Shown piece after piece: positions 28,951 through 39,053 of a stretch of DNA of 64,000 nt. The notes under the pieces are model-generated. The model made no database searches. It was not told the DNA's origin and worked only from the letters and a program-made list of their open reading frames with translations. The translations under genes were made by a program, and so were the position numbers. The DNA comes from Trypanosoma brucei. Taxonomy: Eukaryota. Position 1 is the first letter of the stretch. Every line of letters starts with the position of its first letter. The stretch covers positions 1,184,001 through 1,248,000 of the forward strand of contig CP000071.1 in NCBI GenBank assembly GCA_000002445.1. The letters are read 5' to 3'.

Positions 28951-31203
28951 TCACTGCTCGACCCTTTCTTTGTTGCCGTAGGCAGATGCGTAATCTTGCT
29001 CATCCTCATCCAGTGTACTCACGAATTTCGGACGAGCGGGTGCGACTACGGCGGCAAGGCGTCTGCGTTTCGATGTGAACACGACAGCTAACACGATGAG
29101 GACGGCTACGATAAGTGCACACACTACCGCGATTATGATTAGGCACACGCGACCGCACTTTGGCGCCTTCTCTGTGGTGGGTCTGACGGTATCGTTGTTC
29201 AGGTGGTCGTTCAAGTCTTGCCAGTCAATCTCACCGACGCATTCCGACACATCGAACGTATAGTTTCCAGGAATGAATACTTCGTACAGACTCATCTCAA
29301 CGTAGGGTGGCTGGTAAAAAAGCGATACCGTGCGGTTCGTTATCGTGGACTGGCATACTCCAGTTACATTGCTATCAAGTGCCGTGGCAATGGTGGTTCG
29401 GCTATGGTCACCAACCTCTTCCCTACGTGCCATGCTTCTCCCGGTGCTACGTTCTTCACATTTCTTTATTTGATTCATCACCTCGTCGTGTATGTACCAG
29501 CGTACTTCCTGTTCCTCATCCGGAGTCAGTGATGAGAAGTTGAACGGGGGATTGGAGAAGGTTACATCGACGTGAGTGTCCGAGCTCCGCAAGTATTTGA
29601 TGAATGAGTGGGCAGTCTCAGTGAGGTTCGCATCTGACAGCAAGTCGTGGGTCACGGTGTTGTTGAACGAGGCTGGCATCAGTAGCTTCACTGTTGTGAT
29701 ATTTTCAGCGTCACTGCTCTCAGCCTTAAGGGGCATGTCCGCGTAGATGAGCGTGAAATTGAGTACCTCACCCGCCTCCTTTGCGAGCTTCCGACGGAGA
29801 GCATCAAGACTCAGGCGATTGCAATATGGGACCATTGTGCTGTCCATGTACACCTGTTCGTCAGTAAGGTTGTAGTACTCATCCGCAGCCTCCTTTGTGT
29901 GTTCATAGTTACTCTCGTGCAAGGCCTGTTCGGTTTTCTCGTCATCAAAGTCCGGCTGTTGCACACCGGCGGTGAAATTCGTTAGCCATGTTGTGGAGTC
30001 CACATGTACGGAAGAAGAGGCAACAATACTTTCGGTGGTGCCGAGCGCAGTGTTGATGTCCTCAGTGAGGTTCCCCACAATCCACTCCATGATGTCTTTA
30101 TCAGGGTATCCAACTGGTAACGGGCGCCCGGGGAAGAGACCCTGCACGTACACTGGTGGAAGTGTCACAGAACGCAGGACACTTTTCTTTTCCGATGTAA
30201 CATACATTTCGTACTCCGTCACCACGAGCAATCGGGTTATCTCACAAAGAAGCGTGTCATCTCCCTCAGTATTGGGAAGACACGAGTTCGTGCTTCCTCC
30301 GGCGAATCGTTTCGTCGTAAGTTTATTACCGTCGGTCGAAACGCGGTGTAACTCATTTTGTGTTGCCGCGAGTAGATCACCAGACCGTGTGCTGGTAATG
30401 TCCACATATTCACCATCCACCTCTGCGATCTTGTGGCCCTGCAGGTCGAACCAGCAGATGGTGCCCTGCTTCGCGGGGCCGCGAGCAACAACAAAGATGC
30501 CCTGCTGCGTGGCGGCAATGCCGATGGGACCATAGATACTGCAGTTTGCACTCAGAGCCACGTGGCTGTGACATGCGATTGGGTCACCGTCGCTTCCCAC
30601 TTCACACGTCCATACAGTATTTGTGTTTTGCTCTGTCAGATACAGGTGGTTCCCGTACAAAGCTACGCCTGTCAGCGAGCCATTGCGGACTACGTCATGA
30701 GAGAAGACACCGCTGTCCTTGAAATACTTCACCTCACCCATACTCTCAACAAAGTAAACAAATGTGGAGCCACCAACTGTCCACTGCACGCAGGCGCGCG
30801 GTTTGTCAACTTTGACACTACGCGACCCGCTTTTCTGATCCTCGTCTGTCTCCCATGCCGTGATTGTAGTGGTCTCACGGTTCTTGCGCGAGAAGGCACG
30901 GAAGCGGTCAACTGTCCCCAAAAGGATCTCGTCACTATTCCTGCCTCTGCACATAGCGTGGGGTGACGATAATTCCGACATGCCAGGGAACCCGTCCTTA
31001 TCACCAATATGACCGTACTTGCCAGCGACGGTGGTCACATGGCGCTTCAGTTCAATGGGAGCGGCTCCACTTCTCACTACAATCGTTGCGACGGTGGCCA
31101 CGAGCAAAAGCATCTGGGATACGTAACCTAAGTGCACGGTTCCTACTACTTCCCTCACATTCATTGTTTCCACCTCACAGTTGGTTTGTTTCCACAACGG
31201 CAT
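28951..31203 (-). CDS. FLA1BP: FLA1BP-like NHL-repeat membrane glycoprotein, unit copy 2.
   Basis: The protein is identical to copy 1. Confidence 0.7.
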   Translation of the reverse strand: MPLWKQTNCEVETMNVREVVGTVHLGYVSQMLLLVATVATIVVRSGAAPIELKRHVTTVAGKYGHIGDKDGFPGMSELSSPHAMCRGRNSDEILLGTVDRFRAFSRKNRETTTITAWETDEDQKSGSRSVKVDKPRACVQWTVGGSTFVYFVESMGEVKYFKDSGVFSHDVVRNGSLTGVALYGNHLYLTEQNTNTVWTCEVGSDGDPIACHSHVALSANCSIYGPIGIAATQQGIFVVARGPAKQGTICWFDLQGHKIAEVDGEYVDITSTRSGDLLAATQNELHRVSTDGNKLTTKRFAGGSTNSCLPNTEGDDTLLCEITRLLVVTEYEMYVTSEKKSVLRSVTLPPVYVQGLFPGRPLPVGYPDKDIMEWIVGNLTEDINTALGTTESIVASSSVHVDSTTWLTNFTAGVQQPDFDDEKTEQALHESNYEHTKEAADEYYNLTDEQVYMDSTMVPYCNRLSLDALRRKLAKEAGEVLNFTLIYADMPLKAESSDAENITTVKLLMPASFNNTVTHDLLSDANLTETAHSFIKYLRSSDTHVDVTFSNPPFNFSSLTPDEEQEVRWYIHDEVMNQIKKCEERSTGRSMARREEVGDHSRTTIATALDSNVTGVCQSTITNRTVSLFYQPPYVEMSLYEVFIPGNYTFDVSECVGEIDWQDLNDHLNNDTVRPTTEKAPKCGRVCLIIIAVVCALIVAVLIVLAVVFTSKRRRLAAVVAPARPKFVSTLDEDEQDYASAYGNKERVEQ

Positions 31204-31875
31204 GCGCAATCGAGAAATTACAGTGGGGTCACTAGCCTCTGCCTTACCTAACGCGAAAGGATCCAGTGTTCTGTTAACTTCCTCTAATTACCTGCCCTCA
31301 GAGAGAGGCCGGCTACAATTCCTTATATGGCACCCCAGAAGCGCGGCACAAGAGTCGCGGGCAACGAAGACGCAAAAAAGAAGGAAAGGGATAGACAAAG
31401 AATAGGTACGCGAAGAGACTTTTGGTCATTGGAACGCCAAAACTCGTATGTAATGTATACAGGTGACTGTTCACGCAGAACCTGCAAATGTTGCTTCCAA
31501 CTCTACGGTCTCTTCTAAAACGATGCAGCTGCAAAATCAAAAGTGCCTTTTAAAACATATTGCGTAGCAAATTTTTTTTTCTTTGGGGGGGGGAGGTAGT
31601 GGAGGGAAAACATTTTAAATGGGTATACCTATTCTATCACTTACGTAATCACACGCTTTTTCTTACTGTCATAAATACGTATTTTCTGCACAAAAAGATT
31701 TGTTTCCTCACCCAAAATGAGCAAGGTGTAGCCATCACATGACGACCAGAAACGCACACCCACCCAACTCTAACCTCATGCGAAGTAGTCGCAGAGGTTG
31801 CCTCTCACTATTCCCCACCGGCTGTCACCTCCATTACGTATCCATGAGTGACTCCGAAGTCACTTGCAGCTCCAA

Positions 31876-33648
31876 CTACTCCAGCGCCGGCAGTCGCACA
31901 AAAGTAGATCTTGCATTCGGTGGACTTGCTATGAGCAACCACAGCAGCATGATGGCAAGAAGGCCCAAGAGCACTGAGGAGGCGATTCCTGCAGCACGCA
32001 GGTCCTCATGCACCTGGAACTGAAGCTCGTCTACACACAGAGATTCATTGAAGGAAATGTACTGACAATCATCCACACACTTCACCATGCAGAATGGTGA
32101 TAGGTGATCCCACTCCTCTTGTCGTACCAATTCATCAAGAAACTTCCGTGTCCAGTTCCATGGAGACGAGAACAACCGCTTCTGTAGTTCTTGCTTGCTC
32201 CTACCAGGAGGCCCTTGGTAGTTGGTAATAAGGATGTTCTTGTCGAAGTTCTCTAGAGCTGTCAAGTTTGTCCACGTCGAAACATTTGTACCACCAGGCA
32301 CGTCATTGTAACCTGGGGGGAGGAAAACAGCAAAAAAGTCATCTGTGCCGAAAGCGATCTCAACATCCCTCATAATCCACGAATACAGAGCATGCATAAG
32401 TTTTACATCATCAATTGGGAACGAAGAAGCGCGAAAGGCGGCAACAGCTGTGGGTCTCGGAGGTGAAGGGGGATCCGGATTGGGAGTAATCGGCGGCGGC
32501 GGCGGCGGCGGTGGTGGTGGTGGCGGTGGCGGTGGCGGCTGCACTGATGGTGATGGTGACGGCGATGCTGATGGGCTGGGAGAAGGTGATGGCGGCACCG
32601 AAGGCGTGGGAGGGGGCGTTGGTGGAGGCGTTGGCGTCGGTGTATAGCCTACATCACGAATGGCATACACGGCCGTTTCTGTTGTAGCATAATACTCTTT
32701 GTCATTCACCCTCAACAATGAGACAATCCGATCATAGTCCCATTTCAACATTGACTGCGCACACCATTGGGATGCTGGAGATGGGCGTTCCACCTCTAGT
32801 GACATGATGTACCCCTCTCCATTGGGCTCACCGTAATAATATAGTTTATCCTCTGCTTGAGTCAGCATCAGAGCACTTTTGTAGTGCAGACACGTCACAT
32901 CACCTATATCCTTACTTTTTCCAATATCAGACTCCCCAGTTTTGCTCAAATTAACCGCTGCAATCCATGAGGTGTTTTTTACGACATACATCATGTTCTT
33001 TTCTTTGCTTATTTGCATCACACCAGGTTGGAAGCCAGCGACTAGTGTAGTTACCACTGTGTTATTAGCATCCAGTGGCACATAAAGGATCTGCGAATTG
33101 CCTGTGTCGGAAATGAATAGATTCTGAGTCCCGTTCAATGTGAATGGGAGAATATCCTTCGGTTTGTTAAGGTCTTGTGGTCCATATCTGGTTACATTGC
33201 CCTCAGCATCTATTCGCCTAATACAGTTGTTATCCCTGTCTGCCACGTAAATATCATCGTTGACGCTTACAACTGAGGTGGGATTGTTGAATAGTGCATC
33301 TCCCTTGGGGCCGTCTTTATTACCACGTTGCGTCAGACTGCCTGCAATTGTATATATGCCAGTTTTGTTTACGAGTCGCACGGTGGATCCACCACCTCCA
33401 ACATCACATAAAAGTAAAGGAAAGCTTTTGTTCTTAAAGAACCCACCCACCGCCTTGAATAAGCGACCAGTACCGTTTATGCCATCCGCCTGCCCACTAC
33501 TACAGTTGATACAACTGTTGAAGAGGTTCACAATCACCTTGGTGCCCACGGTTTGGTCTCCTATAACGGGACTCACAAAACCCAGCAGCAGCAACAACGC
33601 TGCCACGAGTGCGGCCAATGCTTCCCGTGATTCAGTCCTGCCACCCAT
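31876..33648 (-). CDS. FLA2: FLA2-like 590-aa glycoprotein, unit copy 3. It is mosaic: residues about 47-95 are of FLA1 type.
   Basis: The body of the protein, including the Pro-rich insert, is identical to 22258..24030. The segment NSCINCSSGQADGINGTGRLFKAVGGFFKNKSFPLLLCDVGGGGSTVRLV is identical to the 546-aa paralogue and differs from copy 2 (NSCTTCTVGQADGESAKGKLFKASGGFFQKKRFPLLLCDIEGGGSTVRLV). Confidence 0.75.
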   Translation of the reverse strand: MGGRTESREALAALVAALLLLLGFVSPVIGDQTVGTKVIVNLFNSCINCSSGQADGINGTGRLFKAVGGFFKNKSFPLLLCDVGGGGSTVRLVNKTGIYTIAGSLTQRGNKDGPKGDALFNNPTSVVSVNDDIYVADRDNNCIRRIDAEGNVTRYGPQDLNKPKDILPFTLNGTQNLFISDTGNSQILYVPLDANNTVVTTLVAGFQPGVMQISKEKNMMYVVKNTSWIAAVNLSKTGESDIGKSKDIGDVTCLHYKSALMLTQAEDKLYYYGEPNGEGYIMSLEVERPSPASQWCAQSMLKWDYDRIVSLLRVNDKEYYATTETAVYAIRDVGYTPTPTPPPTPPPTPSVPPSPSPSPSASPSPSPSVQPPPPPPPPPPPPPPPPITPNPDPPSPPRPTAVAAFRASSFPIDDVKLMHALYSWIMRDVEIAFGTDDFFAVFLPPGYNDVPGGTNVSTWTNLTALENFDKNILITNYQGPPGRSKQELQKRLFSSPWNWTRKFLDELVRQEEWDHLSPFCMVKCVDDCQYISFNESLCVDELQFQVHEDLRAAGIASSVLLGLLAIMLLWLLIASPPNARSTFVRLPALE

Positions 33649-33832
33649 TCCTGTTGCTCCACACTGTGATTCTATCAGTCAGTCGCTATATGTATATATA
33701 TATATATATATATACCCCACGGATCTACCGTTGGGAAACAAACCTCAACCACAAAAGCGACCCATTAGCTCTGCTCAGTGAACTCACAACTCCCTTTAGT
33801 TGTCTTGTGATGATATTATTATTCACACATCA

Positions 33833-33938
33833 GAACAAAGAAAACAAAGGAAGCCAAAGGAAGACAAAAGAGGAGAAAGGAATCCGACACGTGAGAGAGA
33901 ACAACAGTGGACGCAGACAGACGAAAGAAAAACACAGA
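33833..33938 (-). promoter_or_regulatory. Polypyrimidine tract, the trans-splice signal upstream of FLA2 (copy 3).
   Basis: This is the same block as at 14600-14705 and 24218-24323. Confidence 0.4.
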
Positions 33939-34016
33939 TGCATTGAAGCCACGCATTTAGGGTTGGGGAAACATATTCAGAGTTTGAAAGCCACGCTTCA
34001 CTCCTTCGTATTTTGA

Positions 34017-34745
34017 CTAAGGCAACGCAGACCCGCCACCCGCCGGTCCCTTACCAATGTGGAGGAAATTGCAGTACTTCCCACGCCTGCAGCCCTCCCG
34101 AGTGAGGAAGAAAGTACATACCCTGCCATATGTTGCATTTCCCACGTGGCGCTCATTTCGACGGATCTGTGAGAGGCGGTAATCCTCAGAAGAGGATGCT
34201 GCACTGGTTGGGAGCAGTGGGGAACCTGCAGGGGATGGCAGTGGTGTAGCCATGTTCTGTTGATGAGCAGAGTTTCGACCACCCGCCACAACCCCTATTC
34301 CCTGTGACGGAGGGGCATGTGGTAGTGATGAGGATGCGGTACCCCCCGCACATCCGTAAGGCGGTGTGGTGCCAGTAGCGCTGTTGTGTGGCAGGGGGCA
34401 CTCCCTCATACGTCCTTCGGCATTAGCGTCCCGCGGACGACCTGAGGCTACTTGGAGTTCTATAGAGAAGGGGTCGGGGCAGTTAACGCCACAGTGTCCG
34501 TTTATGGCTGAATAGAATTCCATAAGTGCCTGATGCGCTACGTGTGTCGGTGGGCGCAGCGAGAGGACGTTAGGTGTAGCAACGGACAACACTTTCTCCG
34601 ATGATAGCGGTTGGTACGGCGAGTTCTGAATCTTGCGCACGAGGCACACTGCCGATGGGGCTGCATGCTCCACAATGTAGTTCACCATCGCTCTCGTTGT
34701 GAGTTGCTGGGTAGTTGACGTTGCTTCCGCAGACGAGATGGTCAT
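34017..34745 (-). CDS. CCCH zinc-finger protein, unit copy 3. Identical.
   Basis: The protein is identical to copies 1 and 2. Confidence 0.65.
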   Translation of the reverse strand: MTISSAEATSTTQQLTTRAMVNYIVEHAAPSAVCLVRKIQNSPYQPLSSEKVLSVATPNVLSLRPPTHVAHQALMEFYSAINGHCGVNCPDPFSIELQVASGRPRDANAEGRMRECPLPHNSATGTTPPYGCAGGTASSSLPHAPPSQGIGVVAGGRNSAHQQNMATPLPSPAGSPLLPTSAASSSEDYRLSQIRRNERHVGNATYGRVCTFFLTREGCRRGKYCNFLHIGKGPAGGGSALP

Positions 34746-34979
34746 TCAACTGCACGCGTATATACCCCCCACCCGTGCGGTTTTACAATGTTTCCGGGAG
34801 AAGAAATGAGGCTACCTTACCTTGGGATATTCACCCACACAAACGGAAATTATCAACGATCCTACCTGCTTCGGGGTGGTTCTTCACATGCATCTGAACA
34901 AACCAACAACCAGTAGCAGCACAGCAACAATGTACAACAAGTATACAATCACACCATCCCTCTTACATAGATTCTCCTT

Positions 34980-35675
34980 TTAGTCTTCCTCATCCTCTTT
35001 CCCTTCGTAACACACCTCACTTTCCTCCACTTCCTCATCGCTACTTTCCAATTCAACACCCTTTATGCAGTGCCTCATCATTGCTGCAGTTGCTTTTCCT
35101 TTGTAAATTTCGACTTCCTCTGGTTTTAGCATAAGGAAATCTCGAGCATACGATATTTTGTTGCTTTGTAGGAATACCATTAAGGAACCCAAAGTACTGT
35201 CGGCCAGTTTTTTGCTTTGAAAGACACGTTTCTTGTGCAGTTTGTTACCCTCAGCAGTAAATGTTATGGCGTCTATCTCATGGTCGTTAGCAGGGAAAAA
35301 ATCTCCGGCAGGGCACACGTGCTCACCAACGAACTTCACTAGCCTATAGTTATGATTGGGATGCACCGTAACGTTTCCAGTGTTGGGACATGGTAGCAAT
35401 AGGATAGGGGTCTCCTCATCCGTTATGTCCTGCAGCAACACACCCGCTTGTCCAAGTAGTTGCCGAAGGTTCAGGGACGGTGCGGCAGAGGGCACCTGAG
35501 TTACCCTCCCATTAATGCGGATAACAAAGTGCGCCTCCTCATCGGTTCCACACTCCTTAGATCGGCCGCGCTTGCGAGTTCCCTTAACCACTTCTTGACC
35601 CGCCAATCGTGTCATGACCTCTACCAATACCTTTAGTGATTGATCAACGGGGGAGAAAATCTTAGATAAGCACAT
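34980..35675 (-). CDS. Divergent, mosaic copy of the acidic-tailed small protein, at the right boundary of the array.
   Basis: The N-terminal 130 aa and the acidic tail are identical to copies 1 and 2. An internal segment of about 260 bp (35050-35310) is replaced (CPAGDFFPANDHEIDAITFTAEGNKLHKKRVF...). The ATG at 35675-35673 was verified, and the track start is a TTG. Confidence 0.5.
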   Translation of the reverse strand: MCLSKIFSPVDQSLKVLVEVMTRLAGQEVVKGTRKRGRSKECGTDEEAHFVIRINGRVTQVPSAAPSLNLRQLLGQAGVLLQDITDEETPILLLPCPNTGNVTVHPNHNYRLVKFVGEHVCPAGDFFPANDHEIDAITFTAEGNKLHKKRVFQSKKLADSTLGSLMVFLQSNKISYARDFLMLKPEEVEIYKGKATAAMMRHCIKGVELESSDEEVEESEVCYEGKEDEED

Positions 35676-35867
35676 ATGGATGGCGCGAAGCCGGTGTTGC
35701 AAGAGCTAGGCCATTGATAGGGATACACTTTCCCATCTTTATTGGGTTGACAAGACTCTATGCGGGTGATTTGCTTTGTTTGCTGGTATCTTACGTTAAC
35801 ATGCTGTAGATTGGCCTGCTAGCAGGCACAAAATGTGAGTCTTCCCTTTTGCATTTACCCTACTGCG

Positions 35868-37115
35868 CTAAACGTGCCGGTCGTCTAAAAGCGTCGACCG
35901 TCGTGTTGAATGTGTTGCCAAAAATATTTCTCCACCGTCGGATGCCCTCCAAGCGTAAGTTCGGCGTGATGCCTCTTCGTAATTGCTGTCTAGTTCCACA
36001 GTTTGCCGGTGGCTATGTACATGCCAATGTGCTGACTGTTCAAGTGCTCCGCTTGTCCTCGAAAAGTCCTCCGTCTCTGTCCTGTGCGGGTGGTGTGAAT
36101 TGCGCGCGTTTGTTGAATACCGATATCTCTGCGAGGAACGGAACCCATCTGTTGCGTCCCTCGCGTCTAGCCACACTGTACTTCTTCCCTCTGGCTCCTC
36201 GACATCTTTCTGACCGTAATCTAAGGGATTGTATTGGCCCTCGTTGTTGCTGTTATCATATTCCTCATCATGTTCGTCTGCAAAACCACCATAGTTCAAT
36301 ACTTCCATTGACATGCCTGAGCTTATTCGTTGGTGGGCGTTGTTACTGCTGGTGCTTGAGGTTGGTGGTCTGTACCTCACTTGCTGAGGCGACCAAGATG
36401 GCCGTACTCCCTCTTCCGCGACAACTGTGGGCTTCTCGAGCATGTAATCCTCCACTCCCTCGTGTGGCCAGCTAGTGCTTGCTCTACTCAGCATAACAGG
36501 CGTGATACGCAAGTCCGTGTATCCACTTGTACGGGGTAGTGTGTCGGACGCCGTTGCTGGGAGCAGTATTGAGGCAGAAGAAAGAGAGGCTTCAGCTTCT
36601 CGGTGTGCGCGAGTGTGCGGTGATGGGCGGGGGCGGGCACCCGCTGCCTCATGTGCATGTCTTGGTATTGCTCGGTGCTGGCGCTGCGCATGCCTCGGGT
36701 GATAATATTGTGAGTGCTGATGTTGTGATTGTGTGGGACGGCTACTGTGTGCATGCTCCAGTGAGGCGGGTGTTGGTCTCTTCGGATGCGAGTATATCAT
36801 GCGTGGTTGCAGTATGGGAGCATCGTAATGGTAACGCAGTAGGGCGTTTTTGCTAGCCCTGTGGTACGCCATAAGTAAATTCGGGTAATCCAGCGGTGAG
36901 CAGGCACGTGCTGTGAAGGGAGTGGTGATGAGGTGAGAAATTGCGGAAGTGGGGACAGAACCGTGGTTTGGATGTTGCTGTTGGGTATGTTGTGGCCCCG
37001 CTTCGTTGTTTTCAGTGCGGACACCTGTCGCCCCACCCCATGCCTGCTCTACGAAGGATCGAAAGAGTTCTTCTGTAATCATTACTACCTTTGGTACCAT
37101 ACGCACGGGGCACAT
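35868..37115 (-). CDS. Hypothetical low-complexity protein of 415 aa, rich in His, Gln, Ser and Pro.
   Basis: The ATG was verified. The long ORF lies immediately outside the array. It contains HQHSQYYHPRHAQRQHRAIPRHAHE-type tracts and has no recognisable domain. Confidence 0.4.
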   Translation of the reverse strand: MCPVRMVPKVVMITEELFRSFVEQAWGGATGVRTENNEAGPQHTQQQHPNHGSVPTSAISHLITTPFTARACSPLDYPNLLMAYHRASKNALLRYHYDAPILQPRMIYSHPKRPTPASLEHAHSSRPTQSQHQHSQYYHPRHAQRQHRAIPRHAHEAAGARPRPSPHTRAHREAEASLSSASILLPATASDTLPRTSGYTDLRITPVMLSRASTSWPHEGVEDYMLEKPTVVAEEGVRPSWSPQQVRYRPPTSSTSSNNAHQRISSGMSMEVLNYGGFADEHDEEYDNSNNEGQYNPLDYGQKDVEEPEGRSTVWLDARDATDGFRSSQRYRYSTNARNSHHPHRTETEDFSRTSGALEQSAHWHVHSHRQTVELDSNYEEASRRTYAWRASDGGEIFLATHSTRRSTLLDDRHV

Positions 37116-37645
37116 TCATATTTCATTATTGTTTTTTTGTTTTTCAACGCATTTGAAGATAAAGGAAGTGAAGCGCAAAATTAAGAGGATACTAGCAGCG
37201 AGCAAACCCCTATCCATCTGCCCTTCCAGTGAGGTGGGATGGTAAGCACCAACTCAACTAACGTAGAACTATTTAAAGCGACTGGGTGTTTCGGTAGCAA
37301 TCCCCCCTCGGCACGAACACCGTTACTTCCTCTCGCCACTCAACCTTCTTGTATACCACACCTTCATTACTTTTGGGTTAGTCAACTTATTATATTAGTA
37401 CGTTTTCTCTAACAACCCTCTCCTACGGTCCACAGGAGTGCACCAACATGAGTCATCCACATTTCCACGCAATCACAAAGGACTTTTCCTCACCGCAAAC
37501 TGCACAAACAAATTCGGTGTGAAGTTTTTTTTTTTTTGAGTGAAATGATAAGATGAGACAAAATCTTCAAAATAAGAGACGGTGAGGGAGGGAAACGAAA
37601 CAATCGCATCATTTGTTTGTTGTTGTTGTTGTTTTTTGCACTCCG

Positions 37646-38548
37646 CTACACGGCACCTGTGGTCACCCGGAACCGCGGGTGGCCCTTACACAAAGCCAAC
37701 CCCATCAATGTCCCAACTGCTGTTGGTTGCCAGTCATAATACGCAATACATACCGCACCTACCCAACATGCGTAGCGCAACCAACCGGTGAAACTGTTCA
37801 GTATTTGAACAGGTGTAAATCCTTGGTGAAGGTACTGCATCACAAACAGGGCAGCAACAATATCCCATGGCCCAAACTGCTTCTCCGACGTGTTGTTCGC
37901 CAACTTGTTTCCCACCCACATAATAAATCCAGAGGTAACAGCGGTAATCACACAATAAATTACGAGGCCGCGGGAACCAATTGTGGGGAGCACACTATGG
38001 CACATTGTATGAAGGAGGAGCATCGAAAATGCCGCAGAGAGAAAATTGTTCATCATAAACGAGTGCAGTAACCACGCCCAAGGTGCGAACGTGGCATCGA
38101 TACCCCAGTTATCCATCCACCACTTCTCTTCCACATTACTTCCCGTGCTGCATAGGCAGAAAGCTGTGAAGAGAATGAAGTTAAATGCGTTGGCACTATT
38201 GTATATATCCGGGAATTTCCTGATGTCTTCCTTCAAACCCTGTATATGAGAGTGTATGCCGCTAGTCGTATTGGCCCGATCCCCCCGAGGGGCTCCGTCC
38301 TCTCCTTCTGCTCCTCCCTGTGACGTCTCGTCAGCAGACCCCGCTGCCCTTTTGTGGGCCCCAACGCGCATCCATCGATGCTGTTCACTGAGCGCAGCGC
38401 CAAAAGAACAACCGCGGCCAAGAAAACGAGCGTGAACACGTGATGAAGAACCGACGTATCGCACCGATACCCAACTTTGTGATCTCATGATAACTCTTCG
38501 TTGGCCCGCAACTGCCGGAACGCACAAGAGACACCGCAACCGCAGCAT
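37646..38548 (-). CDS. Polytopic membrane protein of about 300 aa with an Arg-rich, mitochondrial-presequence-like N-terminus. It is possibly rhomboid-like, with low confidence.
   Basis: The track ORF starts at GTG. The first ATG gives MLRLRCLLCVPAVAGQRRVIMRSQSW... Four or more hydrophobic helices are present. There is a Ser-Gly in a helix (ITAVTSGFIMW) and a later His (YLHQGF), but the canonical rhomboid GxSG / AHxxG spacing is not clearly met. Confidence 0.45.
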   Translation of the reverse strand: MLRLRCLLCVPAVAGQRRVIMRSQSWVSVRYVGSSSRVHARFLGRGCSFGAALSEQHRWMRVGAHKRAAGSADETSQGGAEGEDGAPRGDRANTTSGIHSHIQGLKEDIRKFPDIYNSANAFNFILFTAFCLCSTGSNVEEKWWMDNWGIDATFAPWAWLLHSFMMNNFLSAAFSMLLLHTMCHSVLPTIGSRGLVIYCVITAVTSGFIMWVGNKLANNTSEKQFGPWDIVAALFVMQYLHQGFTPVQILNSFTGWLRYACWVGAVCIAYYDWQPTAVGTLMGLALCKGHPRFRVTTGAV

Positions 38549-39053
38549 TGCTTTACAGTTCGTGTACACAGGAAGAACCGCAAATTAGCTGACTGAGAGG
38601 GTTCGATTGCGTTACCTTTTCCCCTCTTTGTGTTCCACCGCGAGAGCCTTTTCACTGAGTATCCGTATACCTAACGGTGCAGAGGGGGAAAAATGTTGTA
38701 GATTCTTCGTTGTGTGAAAGGAGAAACTTTCTTGCCTTCCTCACACCAGCTTTCTTTTTTCTTTTTGTGCGGCGCCCTTAGCCGTTTAACGTGTGTTCAC
38801 AGGTACTTATCAACAGTAATGGACCTAAAGGAATAAACACGGGAAACGTTTCACCGCTCCTGAAGGAAAGAGACCGCCCCCCCCAAAAAAGGAAGAAATA
38901 CTGCCACCGGCAAAAAGATGAGTGCAAATCTTGTAAAGATACATGATTAGATTGGAAACATGGAAGCACAAAGTGTTTAATAAAATCAGCGCGGACCCTT
39001 TGGTTCCCCAGGAACACTATTTCGCATAGGAGTGTCAATAATTATTTTGATAT

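Larger units (their letters stand above)
10974..35690 (-). repeat. Tandem head-to-tail array of about 2.57 copies of a 9,618-bp multigene unit. The third unit is 9,615 bp.
   Basis: ORF start coordinates recur at a fixed period. Examples are 14784→24402→34017, 16841→26459, 19333→28951 and 22258→31876. Protein copies are identical or differ by a single residue. Confidence 0.9.

Noticed and set aside
38560-38640. The segment gggttcgattgcg resembles a tRNA T-loop.
   Set aside because: The canonical GGTTCGAATCC context and a complementary acceptor stem 60-70 nt upstream are absent. It is probably coincidental.
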